Source: Anaerohalosphaeraceae bacterium (lineage in GTDB: Bacteria > Planctomycetota > Phycisphaerae > Sedimentisphaerales > Anaerohalosphaeraceae). Taken from it: 64,000 bases of DNA. The notes beneath the pieces are model-generated. The model was given only the letters and a program-made list of their open reading frames with translations. It made no database searches and was not told the origin of the DNA. The translations under genes were made by a program, and so were the position numbers. This document shows positions 10,256-20,344 of this stretch, piece after piece (the stretch's first letter is position 1; the number at the start of each line of letters is the position of its first letter). The DNA is taken from the NCBI GenBank assembly GCA_963675525.2, contig CAXXSL010000016.1:448001-512000 (forward strand), in the 5' to 3' direction.

Positions 10256-11470
10256 TTAAAATTGGGTTGTTGAATATTGAAACAACGGCATAAATGTTGC
10301 GAAAACAATAATGCCGACAATTAACGCCATAAAAATAATGATCACCGGCTCGACGATTGCGCTGAGCCGTTCGATCACCAGGTCAGATGACGCTTCGAGA
10401 TTATCGCTGATCATTTTCAGCATCTGCTCCAATTCGCCGCTCTTTTCACCCACCGTGATCATGTGGGCGATCGATGGGTCGATCACATTGCTTTCCCGCA
10501 ATGGCGTGGCGATATCCGAACCGGACAATATGCGTTCCCGGGCTTTCTTGACGGCCTCGGCCATAACGACATTGCCGGTTACCTGTGACACCACACGCAG
10601 CGATTCGGCCATCGAAAGACCCGACCCCATCAACGTTGCCAGGGTTGAGGTAAACCGCTGCAGGATGCGCTGCTTGATCAGCGGCCCAAAACCGGGCAGA
10701 TTTAAAATCATCCTGTCCCGGACCATTGCTCCCTTTTGCGTTCGCACAAGCAGCCTGTACAGAACGATCAACGCAACAATTGCCGCAATGATCACCAGGA
10801 CCCACCAGCTTGTCAGCAATCCGGATAATTTCATCAGTGTCGTCGTCAGCCAGGGCAGTTTCTGGCCGGTCTTAACAAGCTGTTCGGTGATCTTCGGAAT
10901 CACCCAGACCATCAACACGATCACGACAGCCAGACACACAAACACCAGTAATGCCGGATAGATCATCACCGTGGTCATTTTCGCTTCCAGCCGCTGGCGT
11001 TTTTCCATGAACGAGGCCATGGTGGCCAGTGTCTGACCCAGGGTGCCGGTCACCTCGCCGACGCGCATCATACTGATATAGATCAGGTCAAAGAACTGAT
11101 CGTACTCGGCCAGCGAGTCGGCGATCGATTCGCCGGTCACGACCTTATCGCGGACTTCGGTGATCGCCGCCCGCAGCTGCGGATCGCCGATCTGCCGGGT
11201 CAGGACGCTCAGTGCATCGGTCAGTTTAATGCCGGCATTGAGCATGGTCGAAAGTTCTTTGGTGAAATTGGCCACGGCTTTCCGATTGCCTCGGCGAAGA
11301 AACTGCCCCATCGACTTGCGGGCCGTTTCCATGCGGACCTGCCGGATCTCCGTCGCGTGCAAACCCCGCCCGCGAAGATGCTTCCGTGCGGAAAACGCAT
11401 TTTCCGCGGCGACGGTTCCCTTTTCCGTCTTGTGTGCCGAATTGATCGCAATATACTCAAATCGAGGCAT
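10256..11470 (-). CDS. gspF: T2SS inner-membrane platform protein GspF
   Basis: Two T2SSF repeats (MMRVGEVTGTL; MITVGEKSGEL), MIYP, three TM segments. Confidence 0.95.
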   Translation of the reverse strand: MPRFEYIAINSAHKTEKGTVAAENAFSARKHLRGRGLHATEIRQVRMETARKSMGQFLRRGNRKAVANFTKELSTMLNAGIKLTDALSVLTRQIGDPQLRAAITEVRDKVVTGESIADSLAEYDQFFDLIYISMMRVGEVTGTLGQTLATMASFMEKRQRLEAKMTTVMIYPALLVFVCLAVVIVLMVWVIPKITEQLVKTGQKLPWLTTTLMKLSGLLTSWWVLVIIAAIVALIVLYRLLVRTQKGAMVRDRMILNLPGFGPLIKQRILQRFTSTLATLMGSGLSMAESLRVVSQVTGNVVMAEAVKKARERILSGSDIATPLRESNVIDPSIAHMITVGEKSGELEQMLKMISDNLEASSDLVIERLSAIVEPVIIIFMALIVGIIVFATFMPLFQYSTTQF

Positions 11471-11474
11471 AATG

Positions 11475-11852
11475 TCATTGACGATTGACGGTTGACGATG
11501 GACGATTTTTTCGGGCGGTCTTGCGTGCGCTGATAAAAATCGCCGTCAACTCATCGGCTTCCTGAATTAAAGATTCAATTTTACTTTTAGCCAACAGCTT
11601 TTCTTCGATAATGATTTCGAGCCAGAACAGTGTTTCATCCACTTCTTCGACGACGATACTTAATTTTGATATAAACCCCGCTTTAGACTGAGCCAGGCAG
11701 GCGGCACGATAATTTGCCGCAACCGAAGTCGAAGACCGGATGATCTGCCTTCCGATATGCCTTCCCAGCAACGTATCCGGCAGAGCATAACTCATTTTTA
11801 TACATCGTAAAGCAAACTGTTTAGTCCGCTTCTTCAGCTCTTTGTTATTCAC
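11475..11852 (-). CDS. Four helix bundle protein (23S rRNA intervening-sequence protein / Avd-like family)
   Basis: LKKRTKQFAL...QIIRSSTSVAANYRAA...FISKLSIVVEEVDETLFWLE...EADELTAIF family signature; GTG start with AAGGAG RBS. Confidence 0.92.
   Translation of the reverse strand: MNNKELKKRTKQFALRCIKMSYALPDTLLGRHIGRQIIRSSTSVAANYRAACLAQSKAGFISKLSIVVEEVDETLFWLEIIIEEKLLAKSKIESLIQEADELTAIFISARKTARKNRPSSTVNRQ
11477..11504 (+). repeat. Heptamer array (ATTGACG-like x4) at the 3' end of the four-helix-bundle gene
   Basis: attgacg attgacg gttgacg atggacg. Confidence 0.9.
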
Positions 11853-11866
11853 TTTTTAGTCTCCTT

Positions 11867-11901
11867 CGTCATTCGTCAATCGTCCATCGACAATTAACAA
11901 C
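11867..11901 (+). repeat. Heptamer array (CGTCAAT-like x4-5), inverted relative to 11477-11504
   Basis: cgtcatt cgtcaat cgtccat cgacaat taacaac. Confidence 0.9.
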
Positions 11902-11904
11902 TCT

Positions 11905-13599
11905 CTACACATTATCCGACTGTGTAACGCGCAGCACTTCCGCGATCGTCGTGGTCCCCTCCTGAGCCTTTCGAGCACCGTCCATACGCAGTGTCTGCAT
12001 GCCGTATTCCAGGGCCTTCTTCTTGATCACCCCGGCGCTCTGGCGGTTGTACACCATATCGCGGATGTCATCATTGATGACCATCATTTCGTAGATGCCG
12101 GTTCGTCCGCGATAGCCCGTATCAAAACATTTGGAACAGCCGGAACCAACATAAAATGTTGTCTTCTTGTCATCCATCACTCCCAGGTCGCGCAGTTCAT
12201 GGGCCGGCGGTTCGTACGCCTGCTTGCAATCGGGACAAATTCGACGGACCAGACGCTGAGCCAGCACACAGATCAACGACGAGCTGACCAGATACGGTTC
12301 GACACCGAAATCCAATAACCGGCTGACCGCTCCGGCCGCGTCATTGGTATGCAGCGTGCTGAATACCAAATGCCCCGTCAGCGACGACTGGATCGCCATC
12401 GCCGCGGTCTCATTATCACGCACCTCACCGACCATGATGACATCCGGGTCCTGACGCAGAATATGACGCAGGGCATTGACAAAGTTCATGCCCTTTTTCG
12501 GAGCCACCTGCATCTGGCTGATGCCTTCCAGCTGATATTCGATGGGGTCTTCGACCGTCATGATATTTTTCACCGTCGAGTCGATCCGGTTCAGGCACGC
12601 ATACAGCGTGGTACTTTTACCGGAACCGGTCGGCCCGGTCACAAAGATCACGCCGTGCGAACGATTGATCATTTTGTCGAATTGCTGCCGGTCCTCTTCC
12701 ATGAAACCCAACTGTTCCAGCGTCAGGATGCCCGAGCTTTTATCCAGGATACGCAGCACCGCCCGCTCGCCGTAGCTGGTGGGTACCGTGCTGACACGCA
12801 GGTCGATCTCCCGCTGGCCGATGCGCACGCTGCAGCGGCCGTCCTGCGGCATGCGGCGTTCGGCGATGTCCATCCCCGCCATGACCTTGATACGGGAAAT
12901 GACCAGGCTCAGCACATTGCGGTTCAGCGTCAGAGTATCGTATAAAATGCCGTCGATGCGATAGCGCACGACGATCTTGGTCTCGAACGGATGAATATGA
13001 ATATCACTGGTTCGCATCTGCAGCGCCCGGAACAGGATGTCGTTCACCAGGCGAATAACCGGCGGACGGTTGACCACATCGAGCAGGTCCTCGGAACCGG
13101 CCATCTCGTCGGCCAGTTGATCGATGTTCTGCGAATCCAGTTCTTCGGCCACTTCTTCAATAACCGTATCCTTCTGTCCGTAGGCCACGTCAATGGCCGC
13201 CGTCACCGCCGCCCGGGTACTCAGGCCCGTTTCGACCGGTTTATGCAGCATCTTGGAAACATTGTCCACCAGCGCCGCGTTCAGCGGGTTAGAGGTCACG
13301 ACGATAATGCTGTCGTCGTCACCGCTGACGCCGATAACCGAATGGTGCTGGGCATAGGGAGCCGGGATGCACTCGATAAAATGCTTGGGAACATGTTTGA
13401 CATCAATCTCCTCGAAATACGGCATGCCGAACGCTTCGGCAAAAAGACGCAGTACCGTCTCCTCGGTAAAGTTGGGCGCCGTCAGCATGATCTGGTCCAC
13501 ACGCCGGTTGTCTTGGGCGTTTTCATTCAAAAAGTCCCGCAGCGAATCCGGGTCAACCACCCCGCTACGCTCGGCCGCTTGTATCAGTAAGTCTATCAT
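11905..13599 (-). CDS. gspE: T2SS ATPase GspE
   Basis: Walker A GPTGSGKST, EDPIEY, LRQDPDVIMVGEVRD, TGHLVFSTLHTN, tetracysteine motif. Confidence 0.97.
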   Translation of the reverse strand: MIDLLIQAAERSGVVDPDSLRDFLNENAQDNRRVDQIMLTAPNFTEETVLRLFAEAFGMPYFEEIDVKHVPKHFIECIPAPYAQHHSVIGVSGDDDSIIVVTSNPLNAALVDNVSKMLHKPVETGLSTRAAVTAAIDVAYGQKDTVIEEVAEELDSQNIDQLADEMAGSEDLLDVVNRPPVIRLVNDILFRALQMRTSDIHIHPFETKIVVRYRIDGILYDTLTLNRNVLSLVISRIKVMAGMDIAERRMPQDGRCSVRIGQREIDLRVSTVPTSYGERAVLRILDKSSGILTLEQLGFMEEDRQQFDKMINRSHGVIFVTGPTGSGKSTTLYACLNRIDSTVKNIMTVEDPIEYQLEGISQMQVAPKKGMNFVNALRHILRQDPDVIMVGEVRDNETAAMAIQSSLTGHLVFSTLHTNDAAGAVSRLLDFGVEPYLVSSSLICVLAQRLVRRICPDCKQAYEPPAHELRDLGVMDDKKTTFYVGSGCSKCFDTGYRGRTGIYEMMVINDDIRDMVYNRQSAGVIKKKALEYGMQTLRMDGARKAQEGTTTIAEVLRVTQSDNV

Positions 13600-13601
13600 G
13601 G

Positions 13602-16600
13602 TTATTGTATCTCGATTTCAACCGTTGTTTTTTCTTTATCTATCTCTTCAAGTTTCTTTTTAATCTTCTCGAGATATTCATCATCTTCAAGCATTTTTTC
13701 TGGAGATATCGGATTAGGTTTAATGCCCGGCACTCCGTCTACTTCTTGAAATTTCTTTTCCGCAGATTCAAAAACCCCTCTTCGTCTTAATGATATTTTT
13801 TCAATATCCGATTCTCCGGTTAGTTCATCTTCCGGACGAAGAATATTAGCCTTCACGAACACATATAGTTTGCTTTGTACATCAGATTCGTCAATACCCC
13901 TGAATAAAGCACCAAGGAGTGGAATATCCCCCAACAAAGGAATTTTTGTTACGCTTTTTGTCTGGTTAATCGTCTCAATTCCACCAAGAATAATTGTTGC
14001 TCCATTCGGAATTATGGCACTGGTTGCTACATTGCTACTTATCGTATTGAGCGGTTTGGGAACTGTTTTGGTGCCAATTGTCGCTTTTCCTGTATCTGTA
14101 GGATCAAAATCTGTCCTATCCAGTAAAATGTCCAATTTTAATAAATCCTCTGATGCAATATGTGGGGTAATTGTCAGTGTTATACCAGATGTATAATCTG
14201 CAAAAGTAATATCAGTTGAAGTTGAGGTTGAAGTATCTGTCGTCGGTGTAATAACTGTTTTTTCTTGCCCAACAAATATTGTTTTTTCAGATTTAATCTC
14301 CCCCTCCTGATTATCTTTCACCAGTAGGGAGGGACGAGCCAAAACACGCCCGTAACCTTTCCTATCCATGAGCTTCAAGAGAGCTTGGACATCTTTGTCC
14401 GCATAAAAAGCCACCCCTGAACCATTAGTGATACCATATTCAGTAATTCTCGTTGAAGGGAATGGCTCTAAGAGACCGCTAACACCAGCTGTGTCGGATT
14501 TTGTTAATACAGACATCGCACCACCGGGAGTCATCTCCGGAATTTTTCCAACAATATCCAAATCCATCGTAAATTCATTATCTTTTGTAATTTCAACCAA
14601 GGTACAGTCGAGCAAGACTTGAGGATGGTATTTGTCCAATTCTTTGATCAATTCACTGATCCACTGCTGGTTTCGCTTGTTGGCATAGACAATCAGGGAA
14701 TAGGACATCACATCCGGAATGACACGGATCTTCTGTTCTTCCATGATCGAGGCGACTCCCCCGCCCCCGGTCGCGGCTCCGGCAGTTTGAATTTTTGCGT
14801 CCGGCGCCGATTTTTTGCCAACTTCCTCGACGGTCTCCTGGATCAGTTTGCTCAGCACTTCGGCCAGTTCCAATGGGTCCTGATTTTCCAGGGCATAGAC
14901 CACATACGGCGTGGTCGTGGTTTCCGGCACGCGGTCGGCGTGTGCGATCAGCAAGGCAATGGCATTGTGCTGACGCGGCGTGGCATAGACCAGCAGCGAA
15001 TTGGTCGCTTCCAGCACGGCGATCTGCGGCTGCTGTTCGGTAACATCGCCGCCCTCGCCGCTTTCTTCGCCGCCAAATCCTCCCAGCAATCCCGGCGTCG
15101 CGGCAACCGCTTCCGGGGTCGCCTGCTGCTGCGTTGACCGCCCCGAGCGGCGGGTCGCCTGTGACGAGGTGTCGCGCGACGATGAACTGCCCGAAACGTT
15201 CTGCGGTGAGATCAGTCCCAGGTCGGTCATGGTGTCGATGATCTCCTGTGTGTCCACATACTGGATCTCGTATTCGCGAATCGTTCGCTGGTCCTTCTGG
15301 ATCACGTCCACATGGGCAATGACCAGTTCGATGGCACCATGCTGTTCCTCTGTCCCGTTGACCAGCAATGAATTGGTAGCCGGACGGATCGAAATATTCG
15401 GCTGATCCGCACCGCCGCTTACGGTCGAGGCATTTGGTGCCGCCGGCGCAGCCGGCTGCGGAGGCTGGGCTCCTCGTGCTGCGGCCGTTCGCCGAGCCAC
15501 GGCGGTCTGGGCCGCTGAAGTACCCTTACTCCCGCCAGTTGACACATTGAGATCGGTAAGACCCAGTTCATTCAAAACATTCACTACTTCGATAGCTTCG
15601 ACATATTGAATGATATATTCCTTGACATATTTCAGATCAAACTGCCGCACGTCCAGCGTGTCGATCAGTTGATTAATGATATCGATCTGTTCGGCTGTGC
15701 CGATCATCAGAATACGATTGGTCCGTTCATCCGTATCGACAAAAACGGCATCTTTTTTTGCTGCTGCCGCCGCCGGTTGTGCGGTGTTAACCGGCACCTG
15801 CTTGGTGACCGTTCGCCCTGTTCGGGGATCGCGCGTCGTTACCGGCCGGGTCTTCGGTGCAGCAGTCGCCGGAGTCGGAGTCCCAACCTGCATAGAGACC
15901 CCTTCCATCTGGGCCACCAGTTCTTTGAGCTTTGCAACCAAATCCGCCGCCTGCATATATTGGAGTTGACGAAATTTGAATTCTTTCGCATCACCGGGAA
16001 CATCCACCATCTCCAACACCTGTCGAATCTGATCCATACGATAGGCATAATCCGTAACGATCAAGGTGTTCGTCGATTCCACCACATCAAAGTCGGTGCC
16101 CAGATTCAGCCCCTTTAATAAATTCTGGGCCGTTGTCGGATCAATACTGTTTAGCTGAAAGACGCTGCTGACAATAATGTCACCCGGCTGTACCGGATCG
16201 TCCGGATTCACCAGTGTCGTATCGATCTTGGCGATATCTGCGGCTCGCATGATCGTCACCAGATCGCCGCGGCGAGTCATGATGAAACCGCGAAACCGAA
16301 GAACCGATTCCAGCAGGGCATACAGATCTTTAACTTTGATTTGGCCCTTATGGATCTTTAAGGTTACCTTCTGATTCTTCAGGATCGCCGGGTCGTACAT
16401 ATAATTCAAACCCAGTTGTTTGCCCACCAGGTCCACCAGCCAGTCCAGTTCAACCTCCTGCGGCACATCGATAATGGTTTCAAGCATTTCATCACCAATA
16501 TGGCCAATGGCCTTTTCAAACTCCGTCCTGCCATCGGTGACAATCTTCGCCTCGGTTTGGGGCTCTTCTTCCGGCTCAACCTTTTGCGGTTCGGTCGGTG

Positions 16601-17777
16601 TCTCTTCGGATGCGGTTTTCTGTGCCTGCAGTTCGGCCACCTGCTGACGGAGAATTGCCATTTCACGCTGAAGTTTTAAGTTCTCAGAAACAGATTCGGA
16701 GGGTCGTGTCTCTTCCGCGGACAGGGTTTGTTCCTGCTCCGGCTGCGATGAAGACTTCGAAAGCATCTCCATCACTTTCTTAAGCGGGTCTTCTTCGGCT
16801 ACGGGTTGTTGCGGGGCGTGCGTTTCGACTGTTGTTTTCGGACGAGGAATCGTAGCGGCCTCTGCCTGTTCGACTGCTTTTTCAATCGCCGTTGACGGGT
16901 CCCCTTGCGGAACAGCAACGGAGGGCTGTGCTCTTCTCTCCTCATCTAAAAGGGATTTCAACAGTTCATCCCCGATATAGTCCTCTGTTGTATTCGGTTC
17001 GCCCTGAAGCATCGTCAATAGATCTTCTTCGGCACTCGGCTCGCTGACAACCTCCTGCTCCTGCATAGCCGCTTCAGCCTGGACCTGTTCCTCTTTATCA
17101 AGTAGCTCGGCCATGACCTTTTCCAGTGATTTTTCCTGCTCGATCTCCTGAACCGCTACTTCTTGCTGTATTACAGTTTGCGATTCCTGATCAACCGTTT
17201 CATCGGCAACGGCCGGTCTGGAGGATGGTTTGGCAAGAGTCTGTCTCCATACGTCAAAGGCTTTTTCAATTTCAACCAGAACCGTCTCAGAAGCGATCGC
17301 GATCAATTTATCATCCAGAACGCCAATGATCGCGGGAACCGCTGTTCCCTTCGGCGGCGCATCCGTCATCGTTCCGACAGTAATGGTTTTTAACCCGGCA
17401 ATAAACGGTTCAATTTCGGGAAGCGGATTCTGCTTGGTCCCAACCATAAGAACGCGAATTTGCCCGGGGTCTTTCTGATCCAGAACACCGATGACTTCCG
17501 TTGCCTTGATCAGATCGGCACCCTTGTTACTGGTCACGATCAGGACCTCGTCACTTAAGACATCGAAACTGCTGCCGATCTTAAGCTGGGAAAACAACTC
17601 CTGAGCCTGCTGACTGGTGATATAGCGAAATTTATATGCCCGGCTGCGAAGAACCCCATTGGCTTCTTCGGACTCAGCCATCGACACAACATTCGCCGTT
17701 AATATAAAAGCAAACAGGACAACAGCAGCCAAACATCGTTTGGTCCGCCCAAATCTACGTTCTTTCAAAAATAGCAT
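13602..17777 (-). CDS. gspD: Very large secretin GspD (about 1390 aa)
   Basis: Repeated secretin N-domains (TNTLIV, TNRILM, TNSLLV), QVLLDCTLVE, GITLTITPHI, KIPLLGDIPLLGALF. Start ambiguous (17804/17789/17777; GGAG precedes 17777). Confidence 0.93.
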   Translation of the reverse strand: MLFLKERRFGRTKRCLAAVVLFAFILTANVVSMAESEEANGVLRSRAYKFRYITSQQAQELFSQLKIGSSFDVLSDEVLIVTSNKGADLIKATEVIGVLDQKDPGQIRVLMVGTKQNPLPEIEPFIAGLKTITVGTMTDAPPKGTAVPAIIGVLDDKLIAIASETVLVEIEKAFDVWRQTLAKPSSRPAVADETVDQESQTVIQQEVAVQEIEQEKSLEKVMAELLDKEEQVQAEAAMQEQEVVSEPSAEEDLLTMLQGEPNTTEDYIGDELLKSLLDEERRAQPSVAVPQGDPSTAIEKAVEQAEAATIPRPKTTVETHAPQQPVAEEDPLKKVMEMLSKSSSQPEQEQTLSAEETRPSESVSENLKLQREMAILRQQVAELQAQKTASEETPTEPQKVEPEEEPQTEAKIVTDGRTEFEKAIGHIGDEMLETIIDVPQEVELDWLVDLVGKQLGLNYMYDPAILKNQKVTLKIHKGQIKVKDLYALLESVLRFRGFIMTRRGDLVTIMRAADIAKIDTTLVNPDDPVQPGDIIVSSVFQLNSIDPTTAQNLLKGLNLGTDFDVVESTNTLIVTDYAYRMDQIRQVLEMVDVPGDAKEFKFRQLQYMQAADLVAKLKELVAQMEGVSMQVGTPTPATAAPKTRPVTTRDPRTGRTVTKQVPVNTAQPAAAAAKKDAVFVDTDERTNRILMIGTAEQIDIINQLIDTLDVRQFDLKYVKEYIIQYVEAIEVVNVLNELGLTDLNVSTGGSKGTSAAQTAVARRTAAARGAQPPQPAAPAAPNASTVSGGADQPNISIRPATNSLLVNGTEEQHGAIELVIAHVDVIQKDQRTIREYEIQYVDTQEIIDTMTDLGLISPQNVSGSSSSRDTSSQATRRSGRSTQQQATPEAVAATPGLLGGFGGEESGEGGDVTEQQPQIAVLEATNSLLVYATPRQHNAIALLIAHADRVPETTTTPYVVYALENQDPLELAEVLSKLIQETVEEVGKKSAPDAKIQTAGAATGGGGVASIMEEQKIRVIPDVMSYSLIVYANKRNQQWISELIKELDKYHPQVLLDCTLVEITKDNEFTMDLDIVGKIPEMTPGGAMSVLTKSDTAGVSGLLEPFPSTRITEYGITNGSGVAFYADKDVQALLKLMDRKGYGRVLARPSLLVKDNQEGEIKSEKTIFVGQEKTVITPTTDTSTSTSTDITFADYTSGITLTITPHIASEDLLKLDILLDRTDFDPTDTGKATIGTKTVPKPLNTISSNVATSAIIPNGATIILGGIETINQTKSVTKIPLLGDIPLLGALFRGIDESDVQSKLYVFVKANILRPEDELTGESDIEKISLRRRGVFESAEKKFQEVDGVPGIKPNPISPEKMLEDDEYLEKIKKKLEEIDKEKTTVEIEIQ

Positions 17778-17854
17778 ATACCGCTCCATTTTTTTGTGTA
17801 CCAACGCAATTCACTTTATTTTAAAACTCAAGACATAAATCCAACGACATCGGT

Positions 17855-18931
17855 TTATGATTTTTCATTGGGATCGCCGGTCTGGAGTTCCGTATCCGAT
17901 TCCCCCTTATCATCAGCTTGTAACGATTCGTCCTGCTCAACAGAGTCCTCTTCAGCTTCAGCAACCGAAACATTTTCCTTCTCGCTCTGTAATGCCTTCA
18001 TCAACTTTATCCACGCCTCATTCTCTTTTTGCCGCTGCTCCTCATCCAGGCCGGCATCTTCACGATTCATGATCTCCTGAATACTTGAAATCGATTCATC
18101 GATCGAAACTTTCTGTTCCTCAGGTGTCGGCGGTTTAGGAACCGCCCGAATCCGCTGAATTCGGGTCGAAACATCCCGGCGAACCTGCCCCGAAGATGTC
18201 CGCTGGTTGGCAGACGTTCTACTCGGTACCGACCTGACGACTGTTTCAGGGCCCGCCGAAACATCCGTAACAACTGCGGTCGGCTCCGACTGTAAATTGA
18301 CATTGATCGTACCCGGTCCAGCCGGCGCAGAGGATTGTCCGCTGTCAGCTTTTAACAATGATTTTGTCTGGGGTTTGGCTGGAACAAAGTATTCCTGCGG
18401 ATTTCGGCCGTCCTGTGAAAAGACGGCACTGCCGTCACGAATCTCGTCAATCGTCAGATGCCCGATCTTTTCGCCCTGCCAGAACCATTCATCTTTGTTT
18501 CCGGCCTGTCGAAGCAGGACCATCGAACGACCCGGATTAGACTGGCACTGAACCGTTCCCATCAGCGTAAATTTCGCATTAACCGGCCCCTTGGGCCCAG
18601 GAGGTGGAGGAGTAACCGGCGGTTTCGGAGTAACCGGCGGTTTCGGCCCAGAAGATGTGGTAACCGGCTCTGGAGGTTTCGGTGGTTTCGGGGGCGGGGG
18701 CGGATCGATCCGCAACGCAAACTCATGAGCCTGCGTAACCAGCGGTGAAACCGGCTCTTTGTCGTCTTTGTCTGTTTCGCCCGCCTTTTTTAATGTTTCT
18801 GTGATACCGGGGGTTTGAAGAAAATCTTTGATATCCGGATCACCCTTAAGCCCCCAAAATGTGATCAATACAACACCGCAAACAGCCAGCACAAAGGCAA
18901 TTAGACTGGTTATTCGAAGCGTTTTTAGCAT
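17855..18931 (-). CDS. GspC-like protein (TM, Pro-rich linker, HR-like domain)
   Basis: N-terminal TM, poly-Pro linker, FTLMGTV...GEKIGHLTIDEI HR-like segment; first gene of the gsp cluster. Confidence 0.65.
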   Translation of the reverse strand: MLKTLRITSLIAFVLAVCGVVLITFWGLKGDPDIKDFLQTPGITETLKKAGETDKDDKEPVSPLVTQAHEFALRIDPPPPPKPPKPPEPVTTSSGPKPPVTPKPPVTPPPPGPKGPVNAKFTLMGTVQCQSNPGRSMVLLRQAGNKDEWFWQGEKIGHLTIDEIRDGSAVFSQDGRNPQEYFVPAKPQTKSLLKADSGQSSAPAGPGTINVNLQSEPTAVVTDVSAGPETVVRSVPSRTSANQRTSSGQVRRDVSTRIQRIRAVPKPPTPEEQKVSIDESISSIQEIMNREDAGLDEEQRQKENEAWIKLMKALQSEKENVSVAEAEEDSVEQDESLQADDKGESDTELQTGDPNEKS

Positions 18932-19092
18932 TTATTCTCCGGAATCGATTGTTCCTTCAATTTTCAAGCCGAAACGTTTTTTCCAACATTTCGGCTTAAC
19001 ACTATTCCTTTAGACACCTTAAAACCCCCTAAGTTCCAGAAAAGACCGTGAAATAAAGCATCTAAAACAACAAAATTTGATTGAAACAAGAG

Positions 19093-20154
19093 CTATTTAA
19101 GCTTGAACCAGCCGCTACAGCGAATTGTTAAATTTGTCCCGTCCTTGAGAACAATATTCAATTCATCCGTAATATAGCGTCTGGATGAGGTTTGATCAGG
19201 CGGTGTAATCTTAACCTGCAATTGGAGATGCTCTCCGTCTTTTTCCTGTGACTCTATCTCCATATAGCCGTTTCGGGATTCTACAGAGGCAATTTCCGCA
19301 ATGGTACCATAATTACTGCGAATCAGAACATCTTTGATAACCGGAGTTCCCGGCTCGACATTCTGCAGGATAATCCGCGGGCGTGAAACTTCATACCGCG
19401 GTATTGCATTGTAACGTACTACCAGTGTTCCGGCCTGCGGATGGTCGGTTTTGACCTGAATAACCCCAGTGGTAGACTGATTGAGCAACTCGAGATTAAC
19501 TTTGAGTTCCAGCGTAAATTCCGTTGCTTTCTTGGCCGGATCAAAGGCAATTTTCATCACATCCCGTGGAATGGTAATGCTTTGGATCGAAAATTCCTGA
19601 TCATCGAGGCTTTTGACAACAAGACTGGGCATTCCGGCGTTAGCCTGATCCAAACGCAATTCGACAGTTTCCGGGGAAATGGAAACCTTAACAACTACTT
19701 CTGCCTCGATGCTCAGCTCGACACGTGGGTTTTTGGGGTCATTTGAGATAATATAAAGATGTTTTTTAACCTTCCCTTTAACGCTCGGGGCATGAAACGT
19801 AACTTTGATGGTGCCGCTTTCGCCTGGTGCATATTCTTTTTTCTTCAGTTCCGGTACTGTACAGCCGCACGTGCTCTGAACGCGTTCGATGGTTAACGTT
19901 TTTGAGCCGGTATTGGAAAACTTGAATTCGCAGTTGCCGTAAGCACCGGGACCCATCTGGCCAAAATCATGACCCGAAGCTTCAACCGCAATAACAGGAG
20001 TTGCCGAATCAATTTCAGGAACCTTCAAATCAATCTCAGGGGCCTTTTCGACAGGAACAGGCGGAGCGGATACCTGCGAGGGCTGACAACCAATAAATAG
20101 AAATGTTACAAACAAAACCGACATAAAAAAGCTTACAGTCCTATACATTTTCAT
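19093..20154 (-). CDS. DUF1573 (Ig-like) lipoprotein
   Basis: FIGC lipobox, HDFG...FSNTGSKTLTI..V..TCGCT...PGESGTIKVTF...SNDP. Confidence 0.85.
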   Translation of the reverse strand: MKMYRTVSFFMSVLFVTFLFIGCQPSQVSAPPVPVEKAPEIDLKVPEIDSATPVIAVEASGHDFGQMGPGAYGNCEFKFSNTGSKTLTIERVQSTCGCTVPELKKKEYAPGESGTIKVTFHAPSVKGKVKKHLYIISNDPKNPRVELSIEAEVVVKVSISPETVELRLDQANAGMPSLVVKSLDDQEFSIQSITIPRDVMKIAFDPAKKATEFTLELKVNLELLNQSTTGVIQVKTDHPQAGTLVVRYNAIPRYEVSRPRIILQNVEPGTPVIKDVLIRSNYGTIAEIASVESRNGYMEIESQEKDGEHLQLQVKITPPDQTSSRRYITDELNIVLKDGTNLTIRCSGWFKLK

Positions 20155-20344
20155 TCCAGAATTCCCCAAATTTGATTTTTTTAACTACATTCTCAGATAG
20201 ATACGCCGATATACAGTTTAAGTTTACCAAAAAACGGCAGGTTAGCAACTGTCTTTTCGGCCTATTAGAGATAAGTCTTTACAGAAACCATGTGAGTCTG
20301 TAAAATTTGCGGCTGATTCGTATGTGCTTATTTTGGAGTTTGTT

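Noticed and set aside
11475..11852. Diversity-generating retroelement (Avd-like gene)
   Set aside because: No reverse transcriptase in the window. The 83-bp repeat pair has mismatches that are not adenine-specific, so it is not a TR/VR pair.
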